Assembly (NCBI GenBank): GCA_964573235.1
Contig: CAZNIV010000002.1
Coordinates: 6,102 to 70,101, forward strand
DNA from: an uncultured Gammaproteobacteria bacterium
GTDB lineage: Bacteria; Patescibacteriota; Patescibacteriia; 2-01-FULL-39-33
Length of the DNA stretch: 64,000 nt
Direction: 5' to 3'
Positions 38,105-48,338 of the stretch are shown one piece after another; the stretch's first letter is position 1; every line of letters starts with the position of its first letter. A program made the translations under genes and the position numbers. The notes beneath the pieces are model-generated. The model saw only the letters and a program-made list of their open reading frames with translations. It did not search any database and was not told the origin of the DNA.

Positions 38105-40192
38105 ATGAACTCGAACAATCCGATTCGTAATCATCATTTTGGTGACACTCATCAAAATAATCAAAAACCACGAATCAACCCAGAACCGAATACTCGGCCC
38201 AACCGCCAGTCTTTCACAAGACCGTTGGCAAACAAAACGACTCCAAATAATAAAGGTAACGACCTTAATTTAATGGATCCATTAAATTTGGATTTGGCTT
38301 CTTTGCAGGCCACCAAAATTACCCCTAGACCAATCAATGCCCAGCCACTTAAACCAGCCATGCCGGCAATGCACATGACTAAAATTGTGCAATCAATGCA
38401 CAATGCTGCTAAAATTAATTTACCGTCACTTACTAGCGATCAAAAACAAAAGACTCGTTTTAAACCAACTCCGACCATCATGAAAGTAACTCCGGCCCAA
38501 CAACCTGCAACTCATCAAGATAGTCGCGATGTTTTAAAAATTATTCCTTTAGGTGGTTGCGAAGAAGTTGGCCGAAATATGACCGTTTATGAATACAAAA
38601 ACGATATCATTATTCTGGATATGGGTATTCAATTTCCCGAAGAAGATATGCCAGGTATTGATTATATTATTCCTAATATCGATTACCTCAAAGGTAAAGA
38701 AAAAAATATCCGTGGTGTAATTTTATCCCATGGTCATTTAGATCACATCGGAGCGGCGCCAATCTTATTGGAAAAATTAGGCAACCCAACGGTGATTGCC
38801 CGTAATTTAACTTTGGCCATGGTTAAGCATCGCTTAGAAGACTACAAATCTGGGAGTTCCAAGCAATTGAAAACCATCATGATTAACCGCATCGAAGATA
38901 CCATCAAACTTGGCGCCTTTACTGTCAATTTTTTTCAAATTGAACATTCCATTATGGATGCGGTCGGCACCATTATCCACACTCCGCATGGCACCATTAT
39001 TCACCCTGGTGACTGGACAATGGAAAAAGATGCCAACAATCAACCTATTTTAGATTACTCTTACTTATCAGATTTACCTCGTCCTACTATTCTAATGTTA
39101 GAAAGCTTAGGCGCTATTGATGTCAGAAAGAGTGCGTCTTCTGAAGAAATGAAAAAGAATCTAGAAGGCTTAATTACCAATGCCCCAGGTCGGGTTATTA
39201 TTGGCACCTTTTCTTCTCAAATCGAAAGAATTGGTTGGATTTTACAAACTTGCCAAACTATGGGCAAAAAAGTAGCCCTTATCGGATATAGCATGAAGAT
39301 GAATGTGGAAATCGCTCAAGAATTGGGTTATATTAAAGTCAAAAAAGATACTCTGATTGATATTAACAAGGTTGAAGATTATCCAGAAAACAAAACCGTA
39401 ATTATTTGTACCGGCGCTCAAGGCGAAGACAACGCCGCGCTTTCTCGCATCATTGAAGGAAGCGACCGCAACATTAAAATTCGCAAAAACGATACTATTA
39501 TTCTTTCTTCTTCAATTATCCCTGGCAATGAACGCACCATTCAAAGACTAAAAGATAATTTATATCGCCAATGCGATAACGTTATTCATGGTCACATTAT
39601 GGACATTCACGTTTCTGGTCATGGTAACCGTGAAGACATCGCCCACATGTTAAGAATGATTCAGCCTGATTACTTTATTCCAGTTTATGCCAATCATTAC
39701 ATGCTTAAAGAAGCGGCCAAGTTAGCCGAATCGATTGGCTTCTTTAAAGAACGTATTATTGTTCCGGACAATGGTTCTATTATGGAATTCGACCGTAATG
39801 GCGCCAGCGTATCCAGCAAAAAAGCTAACACTGACTACATCTTTGTTGATGGATTAGGTATTACCGATAGTAATAATGTCGTATTGCGTGATCGTAAAAT
39901 GATGGCTGAGGATGGTATGATTGTGGTTATCGCCACTGTCAATTCCAAAACTGGCCGACTGATTCATAATCCTGACATTATTTCTCGTGGCTTTGTTTAT
40001 ATGAAAGAAAATAAAACATTAATTGAAACCACCAGACAAAAAGTAAAGAAAATTATTGAATCTTCTGATATGGCGCATACCGCTCCGGACGACAAATTAT
40101 TAAAAGACAATATCCGTAACGAAATTGGTAAATTCTTATTTCAAAAAACCGAGAAACGCCCGATGGTTTTGCCCGTAATCATTCCTGTCTAA
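38105..40192 (+). CDS. rnj: Ribonuclease J with long low-complexity N-terminal extension
   Basis: Motifs IPLGGCEEVGRNM, SHGHLDHIG, HVSGH, KRPMVLPVI. Confidence 0.95.
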   Translation: MNSNNPIRNHHFGDTHQNNQKPRINPEPNTRPNRQSFTRPLANKTTPNNKGNDLNLMDPLNLDLASLQATKITPRPINAQPLKPAMPAMHMTKIVQSMHNAAKINLPSLTSDQKQKTRFKPTPTIMKVTPAQQPATHQDSRDVLKIIPLGGCEEVGRNMTVYEYKNDIIILDMGIQFPEEDMPGIDYIIPNIDYLKGKEKNIRGVILSHGHLDHIGAAPILLEKLGNPTVIARNLTLAMVKHRLEDYKSGSSKQLKTIMINRIEDTIKLGAFTVNFFQIEHSIMDAVGTIIHTPHGTIIHPGDWTMEKDANNQPILDYSYLSDLPRPTILMLESLGAIDVRKSASSEEMKKNLEGLITNAPGRVIIGTFSSQIERIGWILQTCQTMGKKVALIGYSMKMNVEIAQELGYIKVKKDTLIDINKVEDYPENKTVIICTGAQGEDNAALSRIIEGSDRNIKIRKNDTIILSSSIIPGNERTIQRLKDNLYRQCDNVIHGHIMDIHVSGHGNREDIAHMLRMIQPDYFIPVYANHYMLKEAAKLAESIGFFKERIIVPDNGSIMEFDRNGASVSSKKANTDYIFVDGLGITDSNNVVLRDRKMMAEDGMIVVIATVNSKTGRLIHNPDIISRGFVYMKENKTLIETTRQKVKKIIESSDMAHTAPDDKLLKDNIRNEIGKFLFQKTEKRPMVLPVIIPV

Positions 40193-40210
40193 AAAACATC
40201 TCAATACCTA

Positions 40211-40243
40211 AACCGCCTACCTTTTAGTAAGTTAGGCGGTTTT
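40211..40243 (+). terminator. Intrinsic terminator after rnj
   Basis: AACCGCCTA...TAGGCGGTTTT. Confidence 0.7.
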
Positions 40244-40282
40244 GTTATATAATTAAGTGGTAATTAATAATAATTATTAAAA

Positions 40283-40963
40283 ATGGAGCAACCAATAAAC
40301 ATCCCCAGTTCTGGCTGGAAAAACTACACCCTACTTAATTTTAGCCCCGTCGTGCGCTGGTTAATTATTAGCGACTTTTTACTTCTTGGTGGCTTTGGTT
40401 TAATTGGTCCAATTTTTGCTATTTTTATCACTAACAATGTTACTGGCGCCAACCTACAAACCGCCGGTATTGCCGCCTCAATTTATTTATTAACCAAAAG
40501 CTTAGGACAAATTCCGGTCGCCAGCCTACTAGACAAAATAAAGGGTGAGATTGACGATTTTTGGGCGCTATTTCTCGGTATGTTTATGATGTCAATAATT
40601 CCATTAGCCTACATATTCGCCTCTACGCCAGGCTGGCTCTATTTAATCCAATTCATCTATGGCCTAGCAGCTGCTTTTGTTTTTCCGGCTTATATGGCCA
40701 TTTTTACCAGACACGTAGACAAGGACAAAGAAGGTTTAGCTTGGGGCACTTATTTTACCTTTACTGACTTAGGCGCGGCTGGAGCAGGAGCTATTGGTGG
40801 CACATTAGCTCAATATATTGGCTTTCAATCATTGTTTATTGTTGTAAGTGGTTTTTCTTTATTAAGCACTCTTTGCTTGTTGGCTATTAAAAGTCATCTC
40901 CGTCATCACTTGCGTCATGAGATTATTAACGAAAAATTAACCATTAAAAAAACCGCTAACTAG
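40283..40963 (+). CDS. Half-size MFS transporter (about 6 TM)
   Basis: 226 aa with six hydrophobic helices and an MFS-like LDKIKG loop. Confidence 0.75.
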   Translation: MEQPINIPSSGWKNYTLLNFSPVVRWLIISDFLLLGGFGLIGPIFAIFITNNVTGANLQTAGIAASIYLLTKSLGQIPVASLLDKIKGEIDDFWALFLGMFMMSIIPLAYIFASTPGWLYLIQFIYGLAAAFVFPAYMAIFTRHVDKDKEGLAWGTYFTFTDLGAAGAGAIGGTLAQYIGFQSLFIVVSGFSLLSTLCLLAIKSHLRHHLRHEIINEKLTIKKTAN

Positions 40964-40973
40964 CGGTTTTTTT
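40946..40973. terminator. Bidirectional terminator
   Basis: AAAAAAACCGCTA-AC-TAGCGGTTTTTTT between convergent genes. Confidence 0.75.
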
Positions 40974-40987
40974 AAAGCCAAAATGTT

Positions 40988-43531
40988 TTAATCAAATCCA
41001 TACTTTCTAATAAACCACCCCTTAATTAATTGCGTTAACAATAAATAAATTAAAGCAATAATTAATAATAAGCCAAAATAGATTAATGGTAACGGTACAA
41101 AACCCAAGGAAGCACCCAATCTAGTATATGGCAATAGACAACCTAAAACCACAATAAATATGGCGGACCAACCAAGAGCCTTGCTTGGCCAACTCTGAAG
41201 AAATGGAACCTTATTAGTTCGAATAATAAAAATAATTAGCGTTTGAGTAAATAGCGACTCCACAAACCAACCAGTTCTAAACATTTCTGGCGACGCCTGA
41301 AAAACATACCACATCAAACCAAAAGTGGCGAAATCAAAAATAGAAGAAATCGGCCCAAAAATCAAAACGAAGCGCTGAATAAAATTAATTTTCCATGGAC
41401 GCGGTTTAAGCAAGTATTCCTCATCCACATTGTCAGTTGGAATTGCCGCCTGAGAAGCGTCATATAAAAAATTATTCAACAAAATTTGCGCTGGCAACAT
41501 TGGCAAGAAAGGCAAAATCATACTAGCACCGGTCATCGATAACATATTGCCAAAATTAGAACTCGCCCCCATTTTAATATACTTTAAAGTATTAGCAAAA
41601 GTTCGACGACCCTCTTTAACGCAATCCGCTAAAACGTTTAAATCTTTTTCCAATAAAATAATATCCGCTGTTTCTTTCGCAATATCAAAAGCCGTATCTA
41701 CCGATATTCCCACATCCGCCGCCTTAATTGCCGGCGCATCATTAATACCATCTCCCAAATAACCAACAATATGACCATTGCGCTGTAACATGGCAATAAT
41801 TCTTTCTTTTTGTAATGGATTGGTGCGGGCAAAAATATTATTCAACTCTACGGCCTTAGCCAATTCCACATCATTCATTTCTTCAATTTGCATGCCCGTT
41901 AAAACACCAGTACCGTTAACCGCCACATCGTGACAAATTTTTTCGGTTACGAGCGCATTATCACCAGAAATAACTTTTAAAGTAATACCCAGGGCCTCTA
42001 GGTTGTCTACCGCTTGCTGGGCGGTTGGTTTTGGTGGATCTAAGAAGGCTACAAAACCCTTAAATATCAAATCAGACTCATCTTGCTTACTAAAAATTTT
42101 ACTAGCATCATCAATTTCTTTGTAAGCCACGGCTAAAACCCTAAAGCCTTCCTTAGATAAACGATCATAACCATCCTGCAAATCAACTAATTTTTGTTTT
42201 GTGACTTTAATATTTTTACCACCAACTTCAATTAAAGAAATTCTAGAAAAAATACCTTCTGGGGCACCCTTGGTAATTAGGCGTAACTTTTTATTTTCTT
42301 TAATCACTACCGACATCAAACGTCGTTCAAAATCAAAAGGAATTTCGGTTATCTTTTTTACACCATCTTGGCACAATTGTTTATAATTAATAATTGCGTC
42401 ATCCAAAACATTTTTAGCACCTCCTTGTAAGGCACTGGTGATACAAGCTTCGCGCCAAACATCATCACTATCTTTTAAATTAGCATCACAATGTCTTACT
42501 AAAGCAATTTCATCCAAGGTTAAGGTGCCAGTTTTATCAGTACATAAAACATCCATGGCGCCGAAATTTTGAATCGCATCTAATCGTTTAATAATCACTT
42601 TCTTTTTCGACATCGCCATCGCGCCCTTAGATAAAGTGAGCGTTACAATCATTGGCAACATTTCTGGCGTTAAACCCACCGCTACCGCTAAAGAAAAAAG
42701 TAAAGATGCAATAAAATCCCCTTTTAATAATGTATTAATTAAAAAGATAAAAATTACCAAACCGGTAATTAAACGAATCATCAACCAAGTAAATTGCTTA
42801 AGACCCTGATCAAATGGGGTGTCTGGAGCAGACTCGGCTATATCTTTAGCCATACGGCCAAATTCTGTTTTTAAGCCCGTAGCAATGACCAACCCTTTGC
42901 CCATGCCACTAACTACACTTGAACCCATTAAGGCAATAGAAGATAATTCATAAATATTATTAATACCAACTTTACCCTGATCATTTTTTTCTACCGGGAA
43001 AGACTCCCCATTAAGCGTAGCTTGATTAAAGGTTAATCCATTACCACTAATAATTTTTATATCTGCCGGAGTCATACCACCGGGAACCAGCTCTACAATA
43101 TCACCCGGCACAATTTCACGAATTGGCACTTTAATTATTTTACCGTCACGCATTACTTCTATTTGCACGTGCACCATGGCTTTTAGTTTTTTGGCGCTAT
43201 TACTTGCCTTTAATTCTTGAACCGAAGATAAAACCACACTCACGCCCGCCATAGCAATGACAATTATGGCACTAATATTTTGCCCAAAATAAAAAGAAAA
43301 GCCAGCCACCACAAACAACATCACTGAAAGTGGGCTAGTTAATTTAGCAAAAAATTCTCTAACAAACTTCCCTTGTTTTTCATGAACCGTTTCATTGGCA
43401 CCATAAACCAAGCGCCGATTAAGCACCTCGGTTTTTGTTAATCCAGAAATACGCGTTTTAAAACGATCCAGAACCACTTGGGGGCTGGAAATATTTAGAT
43501 CAAATAATTCTTGATATTTTTCATTACTCAT
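40988..43531 (-). CDS. mgtA: Magnesium-translocating P-type ATPase
   Basis: Motifs LTPEMLP, DKTGTLT, GDGINDAP, ASSNFGNM, FRTGWFVES. Likely start MSNEK at 43531. Confidence 0.92.
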   Translation of the reverse strand: MSNEKYQELFDLNISSPQVVLDRFKTRISGLTKTEVLNRRLVYGANETVHEKQGKFVREFFAKLTSPLSVMLFVVAGFSFYFGQNISAIIVIAMAGVSVVLSSVQELKASNSAKKLKAMVHVQIEVMRDGKIIKVPIREIVPGDIVELVPGGMTPADIKIISGNGLTFNQATLNGESFPVEKNDQGKVGINNIYELSSIALMGSSVVSGMGKGLVIATGLKTEFGRMAKDIAESAPDTPFDQGLKQFTWLMIRLITGLVIFIFLINTLLKGDFIASLLFSLAVAVGLTPEMLPMIVTLTLSKGAMAMSKKKVIIKRLDAIQNFGAMDVLCTDKTGTLTLDEIALVRHCDANLKDSDDVWREACITSALQGGAKNVLDDAIINYKQLCQDGVKKITEIPFDFERRLMSVVIKENKKLRLITKGAPEGIFSRISLIEVGGKNIKVTKQKLVDLQDGYDRLSKEGFRVLAVAYKEIDDASKIFSKQDESDLIFKGFVAFLDPPKPTAQQAVDNLEALGITLKVISGDNALVTEKICHDVAVNGTGVLTGMQIEEMNDVELAKAVELNNIFARTNPLQKERIIAMLQRNGHIVGYLGDGINDAPAIKAADVGISVDTAFDIAKETADIILLEKDLNVLADCVKEGRRTFANTLKYIKMGASSNFGNMLSMTGASMILPFLPMLPAQILLNNFLYDASQAAIPTDNVDEEYLLKPRPWKINFIQRFVLIFGPISSIFDFATFGLMWYVFQASPEMFRTGWFVESLFTQTLIIFIIRTNKVPFLQSWPSKALGWSAIFIVVLGCLLPYTRLGASLGFVPLPLIYFGLLLIIALIYLLLTQLIKGWFIRKYGFD

Positions 43532-43538
43532 AATGATA

Positions 43539-44276
43539 TTATACCATTTTTTTACTCGCAATGACTACTGTATTATAACCAAATATAAAATTTGTGCGCT
43601 TACCTCTCGTATCATAATAAATATCTTCAATAAAAAACCCCGCTTGTTTTAATAACTGACGCAATTCCCTCTTAGTAAAAGAATGCACATAGCGTTTATC
43701 GGTTTTATTAAGTGGCTTCCAAGGAATTAGAGCATCGCGCCAATCGGTTAGCCCATATTCTTTTTTCTCTTTGAAGTTAAGCAAACTAGACCAATAGCGT
43801 TTACGATAAGACCAAGACCACAAATGCCAATTATACATTACAAATTTAGCTCCTGGTTTCAATAATTTAAATACGCTTTGCAAAGCCTTCAAACGCAACT
43901 CTTTAGTTGGCAAATGATGCAAGGCAGCAATCATAATAATCAAATCGAACTGGCCAGTGGTTTTTAAATCCACCATATCATCAACGGCAAATTTGATTTT
44001 TTTGTCGCTCGCATATTTTTGTTGAGCAATTTTAATCAACTCTTCGCTATTATCAACGCCTAGATAATCCACATTCTTAATTTTAAACACTTCTGCCATA
44101 CGACCATTACCACAGCCAACATCTAAAACCTTTCCACCTTCTAGCGCTAAATCAGCCAACTTTTCTAGCCCCGTCCACCATTTATTGCGGGTATTAGAAA
44201 AATCAGGGGCAATCGCATTGTAAATTGCCTTAGTTTGGTGTAATATTTGATTAACCTGTTTGTTTGAAATATTCAT
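43539..44276 (-). CDS. Trm9/ALKBH8-like class I SAM methyltransferase (putative tRNA cm5U34 methyltransferase)
   Basis: YNAIAPDFSNTR, LDVGCGNGR, IAALHHL, DALIPW, RYVHSF...EL match Trm9 motifs as I recall them; adjacent to elp3. Confidence 0.75.
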   Translation of the reverse strand: MNISNKQVNQILHQTKAIYNAIAPDFSNTRNKWWTGLEKLADLALEGGKVLDVGCGNGRMAEVFKIKNVDYLGVDNSEELIKIAQQKYASDKKIKFAVDDMVDLKTTGQFDLIIMIAALHHLPTKELRLKALQSVFKLLKPGAKFVMYNWHLWSWSYRKRYWSSLLNFKEKKEYGLTDWRDALIPWKPLNKTDKRYVHSFTKRELRQLLKQAGFFIEDIYYDTRGKRTNFIFGYNTVVIASKKMV

Positions 44277-44279
44277 ATT

Positions 44280-45848
44280 ATGACCGATAAAATTTTAGCT
44301 CAAATTATTATTTCTATCACTACCAACACGCCTAGTAATGACGTGGATCTTTATAATTTGATTCGTAAAACATCTGGCGCTTTAAAAATGGCACCACCGC
44401 AAAAATCAGCGTTATTAAAAGCTTACCATAAATTAGTAAAAAGTAAAAAAATTACTCCTAATGAAATCTTAGAAAGATTATTACGCAAACGCGCCGTGCG
44501 CACCCTAAGCGGAGTGGCTGTTGTTTCCGTTTTAACCAAGCCATACCCTTGCCCCGGAAACTGCTTATACTGCCCGAGCGAAAAAGAAATGCCTAAAAGC
44601 TACCTTTCCAACGAACCGGCGGTAATGCGCGCTATCATGAATCAATTTGATCCATTCAAACAAGTAACGGTACGCCTTAAAGCACTTAAAGAAACTGGCC
44701 ATGATACTTCTAAAATTGAATTAATCGTGATGGGTGGCACGTGGTCATACTTTTCTAAGCAATATCAAAGTTGGTTTATTAAGCGTTGCTTTGAGGCTTT
44801 AAATGGCAAATCATCATCCGGCTTAGCTGTTGCCCAAAAGAAAAATGAAACCGCTAAGCATCGTTGCATCGGTTTAACATTAGAAACGCGTCCTGATTAT
44901 GTTGATGAAAAAGAAATCAAACAAATGCGCAAATTAGGTTGTACTCGCGTCGAGTTGGGCATTCAACATATTGATGATCAAATATTAAAAATGAATCGCC
45001 GTGGTCACAACACCGCTCAAAGCATTAAAGCGATCGAGCTATTGCGTCGTGCCGGTTTTAAATTAAATTTTCATCTCATGCCAGCACTTTACGGCTCTAC
45101 GCCAAAAAAAGATTTGCTCATGTTTGAAATATTATACAATGCACCAGAATGGTTGCCAGATATGATTAAAATTTATCCGTGTGTAGTTACTGATAATTCT
45201 GATTTATATAAATTGTGGAAACAAAAAAAATATCGCCCCTATTCTGATAAAAACTTATTAGAACTTTTGATTGCGATTAAAAAAATTACTCCGCCTTATG
45301 TGCGCATTGCCCGCTTAATTCGTGATATTCCTGAAGAAAGTATTAAGGCCGGCAATAAAATTACCAACTTACGCCAACTCATTCAAAATGACGCTAAAGT
45401 AAATGGCTGGGCGTGCCAATGCATTCGCTGTCGCGAAGCAGGTCATCAACTTTATGACATTGAAACACCAAAATTAAATACCTTAGTTATGCCAGCGTTA
45501 GGTGGCACAGAATATTTTATTTCTTTCGACTCACCAAATAAAAAAGTGCTATACGCTTTTACCCGCTTGCGTATTAATAATTCGGATGTTAAACAATTTA
45601 TTCCCGAGTTGCGAGGCGCTGGCTTAATCAGAGAATTACACACCTACGGTGAAGTAACCGCTATGGGCCAAAAAGGCGATGTACAGCATTCTGGTTTTGG
45701 CCGAAAATTATTAACTGAAGCCGAAACTATTTGTCGCGAACAAGGCTTAAAAAAGATTGCCGTTATCGCGGGCATTGGGGTCAGAACTTACTACCAAAAA
45801 ATGGGTTACTCTCTGCAAGGAACTTACATGGTAAAAAATTTAAAATAA
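44280..45848 (+). CDS. elp3: Elp3-family radical SAM/acetyltransferase (tRNA U34 carboxymethylation)
   Basis: RTLSGVAVV, CPGNCLYCP, MGGT, ETRPD, ELGIQ, KIYP, CQCIRCRE, IRELHTYG, QHSGFG, IAGIGVRTYY. Confidence 0.93.
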   Translation: MTDKILAQIIISITTNTPSNDVDLYNLIRKTSGALKMAPPQKSALLKAYHKLVKSKKITPNEILERLLRKRAVRTLSGVAVVSVLTKPYPCPGNCLYCPSEKEMPKSYLSNEPAVMRAIMNQFDPFKQVTVRLKALKETGHDTSKIELIVMGGTWSYFSKQYQSWFIKRCFEALNGKSSSGLAVAQKKNETAKHRCIGLTLETRPDYVDEKEIKQMRKLGCTRVELGIQHIDDQILKMNRRGHNTAQSIKAIELLRRAGFKLNFHLMPALYGSTPKKDLLMFEILYNAPEWLPDMIKIYPCVVTDNSDLYKLWKQKKYRPYSDKNLLELLIAIKKITPPYVRIARLIRDIPEESIKAGNKITNLRQLIQNDAKVNGWACQCIRCREAGHQLYDIETPKLNTLVMPALGGTEYFISFDSPNKKVLYAFTRLRINNSDVKQFIPELRGAGLIRELHTYGEVTAMGQKGDVQHSGFGRKLLTEAETICREQGLKKIAVIAGIGVRTYYQKMGYSLQGTYMVKNLK

Positions 45849-45872
45849 AAAAGCTGAGCACATGGCCCAGCT
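45847..45872 (-). terminator. Intrinsic terminator of the cassette gene at 45914
   Basis: AGCTGGGC-CATGT-GCTCAGCT-TTTTT. Confidence 0.75.
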
Positions 45873-45913
45873 GGTTGCTTGTTAATCGTTAGTCTCGTTA
45901 GTCGTGATGGCGA

Positions 45914-46201
45914 TCAGATATGGACCGCTACGGAGCGACCGTGAAGATGCTCCTCGCGCTTCTTGAACTCTTTGGCACACTTGTCATTGCAAACATGGCC
46001 GATATGCACGTCGATTGACCGCACCGGAATGCGGTAATGACCATGCGGATCCTTGTCGCTCAGCGGATTCAAGCACAGCAGACACTGTTCGGGGATCTCG
46101 ACCTGCGGCCGGTGATGCTCAGCCGAAATTTCCGGCGGAATCATCGTCGCAACATCGTCACCTTGAACACCCGCACCGCCCGTCCCTGTTGATCCTCCCA
46201 T
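45914..46201 (-). CDS. Orphan cassette protein (95 aa) with putative zinc finger
   Basis: CLLC...HVCNDKC (TRASH/YHS-like Cys spacing); GGAGG SD; GC-rich. Confidence 0.75.
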   Translation of the reverse strand: MGGSTGTGGAGVQGDDVATMIPPEISAEHHRPQVEIPEQCLLCLNPLSDKDPHGHYRIPVRSIDVHIGHVCNDKCAKEFKKREEHLHGRSVAVHI

Positions 46202-46314
46202 GGCTGTTCCTCCTCTTGCTTGGTTGGTTTAGGCACTACTCACACAAATTTTAAAAATAAAAGAACGATTTTACACGGTCTTCTGATTATAGGATAAAAT
46301 CGCCTTTATGTCAA
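46202..46314 (-). promoter_or_regulatory. Cassette leader 6
   Basis: TTGACA(46314, abutting the rsmE stop)-17-TATAAT(46291); CGTTCTTTTA(46267); AACCAACCAAGCAAGAGGAGGA. Confidence 0.85.
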
Positions 46315-47025
46315 CTACTTAATCATCACCACGCTAGCAACGGCCAACACAGCCGTTTCAGCCCGTAAAATGCGTCGCCCCAAAGAAACTATTTGCCATT
46401 TAGCCTTCTTAGCTGATTCCGCTTCGTTTTTACTTAATCCACCCTCTGGGCCAATCAAAATTGCTACCGAACCGCTAATATTTTTTAATTCTTTCGCTAA
46501 AGATAAATCCGTCGCCTCCTCCCAAGCAAAAAACTTATTTTTCTCCGCACTATTTTTTAAGACAAAATTTAAATCTACTTCTGGCGCCAATTCCAATAAC
46601 TTATTAGCTCCACATTGTTCCGCCGCTTCCTTAATAATTTCTTGATAACGCTTTAATTTCTGCTCTGAGATACTTCTGACAATACAGCGCTCCGTTATTA
46701 CTGGCACCACTCTTTTCACTCCTAATTCCGCGCATTTTTGCAAAACCAATTCAAACTTATCCGCTTTAAGCAAACCGATATACATCGTTAAATCTACTTC
46801 GGGATCAGGTTTGGCAAATTGCTTATCGATCAATAAAAAAACAGCTTGCTTATCATCCACCTCAACTAATTGCCCAATATATTCAAAGCCATCACCATTG
46901 AATAAACCAAAGCGATCGCCCAACTGAACGCGCAACACCTTTTTTAACTGATGGCAAAACTCCCTATCCACTACATTGATATAATCGGATTTAAACAAAT
47001 CGGCTGATAAATAAAATCTTTGCAT
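46315..47025 (-). CDS. rsmE: 16S rRNA m3U1498 methyltransferase RsmE
   Basis: Motifs KKVLR, EAAEQC, IGPEGG, LGRRILRAETA. Confidence 0.95.
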   Translation of the reverse strand: MQRFYLSADLFKSDYINVVDREFCHQLKKVLRVQLGDRFGLFNGDGFEYIGQLVEVDDKQAVFLLIDKQFAKPDPEVDLTMYIGLLKADKFELVLQKCAELGVKRVVPVITERCIVRSISEQKLKRYQEIIKEAAEQCGANKLLELAPEVDLNFVLKNSAEKNKFFAWEEATDLSLAKELKNISGSVAILIGPEGGLSKNEAESAKKAKWQIVSLGRRILRAETAVLAVASVVMIK

Positions 47026-47087
47026 AATATTGAGAAAAAAAGCATTATTTGCTAATATAGATCTATTACTCCTTTACCCATTATACT

Positions 47088-48338
47088 ATGGAAAACAACA
47101 TCAAGACAATCCTTGGCCTAATTGACCAAGAAACCAAGAGGCAACAAGACGGTTTGGTGATGATTGCTTCGGAAAATTACGCTTCCGAACAAGTGCTTCA
47201 GGCCATGGGCACCCCACTTTCCAATAAGTATAGTGAGGGCTACCCAGGAAAACGCTATTACACCGGTAATCAGTTTGTCGATCAAATTGAATCCATGGCG
47301 CAAAAATTAGCGTTGCAAATGTTTAATATCAGTGAAAATAATTGGCACGCCAATGTTCAGCCTCATTCCGGCTCTTCGGCCAATATTGCCGTTTACATGG
47401 CTACTCTTAAGCCGGGTGATAAAATTTTAGGCTTAGATCTAGGCGCTGGCGGTCATTTAACTCATGGCTCTCCGGTTAACTTCTCTGGAAAATTATTTCA
47501 TTTCATTCATTACACCGTTAATCCTAAAACTCATGTTTTTGATTATGATGAAATTGAAGCCATCGCTAAACGCGAACAACCAAAAATGATTGTTTGTGGT
47601 GCTACCGCTTACACTCAAATCATTGATTTCAAGCGGTTTGCGCAAATCGCTAAAAGTGTTAACGCTTTATTATTAGCTGACATTTCTCATATCGCCGGAT
47701 TAATTATTGGCGATGTCCATCCAACCCCATTTCCTGATGCCGATATTATCACCACCACCACTCACAAGACTCTAGGTGGCCCACGTAGTGCCATTATTAT
47801 TTGTCGCAAATCTTTGGCGCCCGCTATTGATAAAGCGGTTTTCCCGGGTATGCAGGGCGGTCCTCAAGATCATGTCACCGCTGCTAAGGCGATTTGTTTT
47901 GCTGAAGCCATGACCCCAGAATTTAAACAACGCCAAAAACAAACCGTGCTTAATGCGGAAGTGATGGCTAAAACTTTAAAAGATAATGGCATTAAGCTAG
48001 TGGCCGATAGCACCCAAAATCATTTGGTTTTATTAGATTGCCAAAATTTAGGTATTAGTGGTAAAGAAGGCGCGAACATTATGGCCGAAGCGGAAATTTA
48101 TACTAACGCTAACATGATTCCATTTGACCCCGCTACTCCAATGAACCCTTCCGGTATTCGCTTGGGTACTCCGGCTTTAACCGCTCGTGGCATGAAAGAA
48201 GCCGAGATGGTTATTATTGGCAATTGGATCGCGCAAATTTTAAAAGCACCAACCGATAAAGCGCTTCGTGATAAAATTAAAACCGAAGTATTGGCTTTGA
48301 CTAAAAAATTTCCTATTTACCAACATGGCGAAAAGTAA
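47088..48338 (+). CDS. glyA: Serine hydroxymethyltransferase
   Basis: Motifs IASEN, NKYSEGYPGKRYY, GGHLTHG, TTTTHKTL, SGIRLGTP. Confidence 0.97.
   Translation: MENNIKTILGLIDQETKRQQDGLVMIASENYASEQVLQAMGTPLSNKYSEGYPGKRYYTGNQFVDQIESMAQKLALQMFNISENNWHANVQPHSGSSANIAVYMATLKPGDKILGLDLGAGGHLTHGSPVNFSGKLFHFIHYTVNPKTHVFDYDEIEAIAKREQPKMIVCGATAYTQIIDFKRFAQIAKSVNALLLADISHIAGLIIGDVHPTPFPDADIITTTTHKTLGGPRSAIIICRKSLAPAIDKAVFPGMQGGPQDHVTAAKAICFAEAMTPEFKQRQKQTVLNAEVMAKTLKDNGIKLVADSTQNHLVLLDCQNLGISGKEGANIMAEAEIYTNANMIPFDPATPMNPSGIRLGTPALTARGMKEAEMVIIGNWIAQILKAPTDKALRDKIKTEVLALTKKFPIYQHGEK

Noticed and set aside
45885-45905. Short direct repeat as a CRISPR remnant
   Set aside because: Only two 9-bp units with no spacers and no cas genes.
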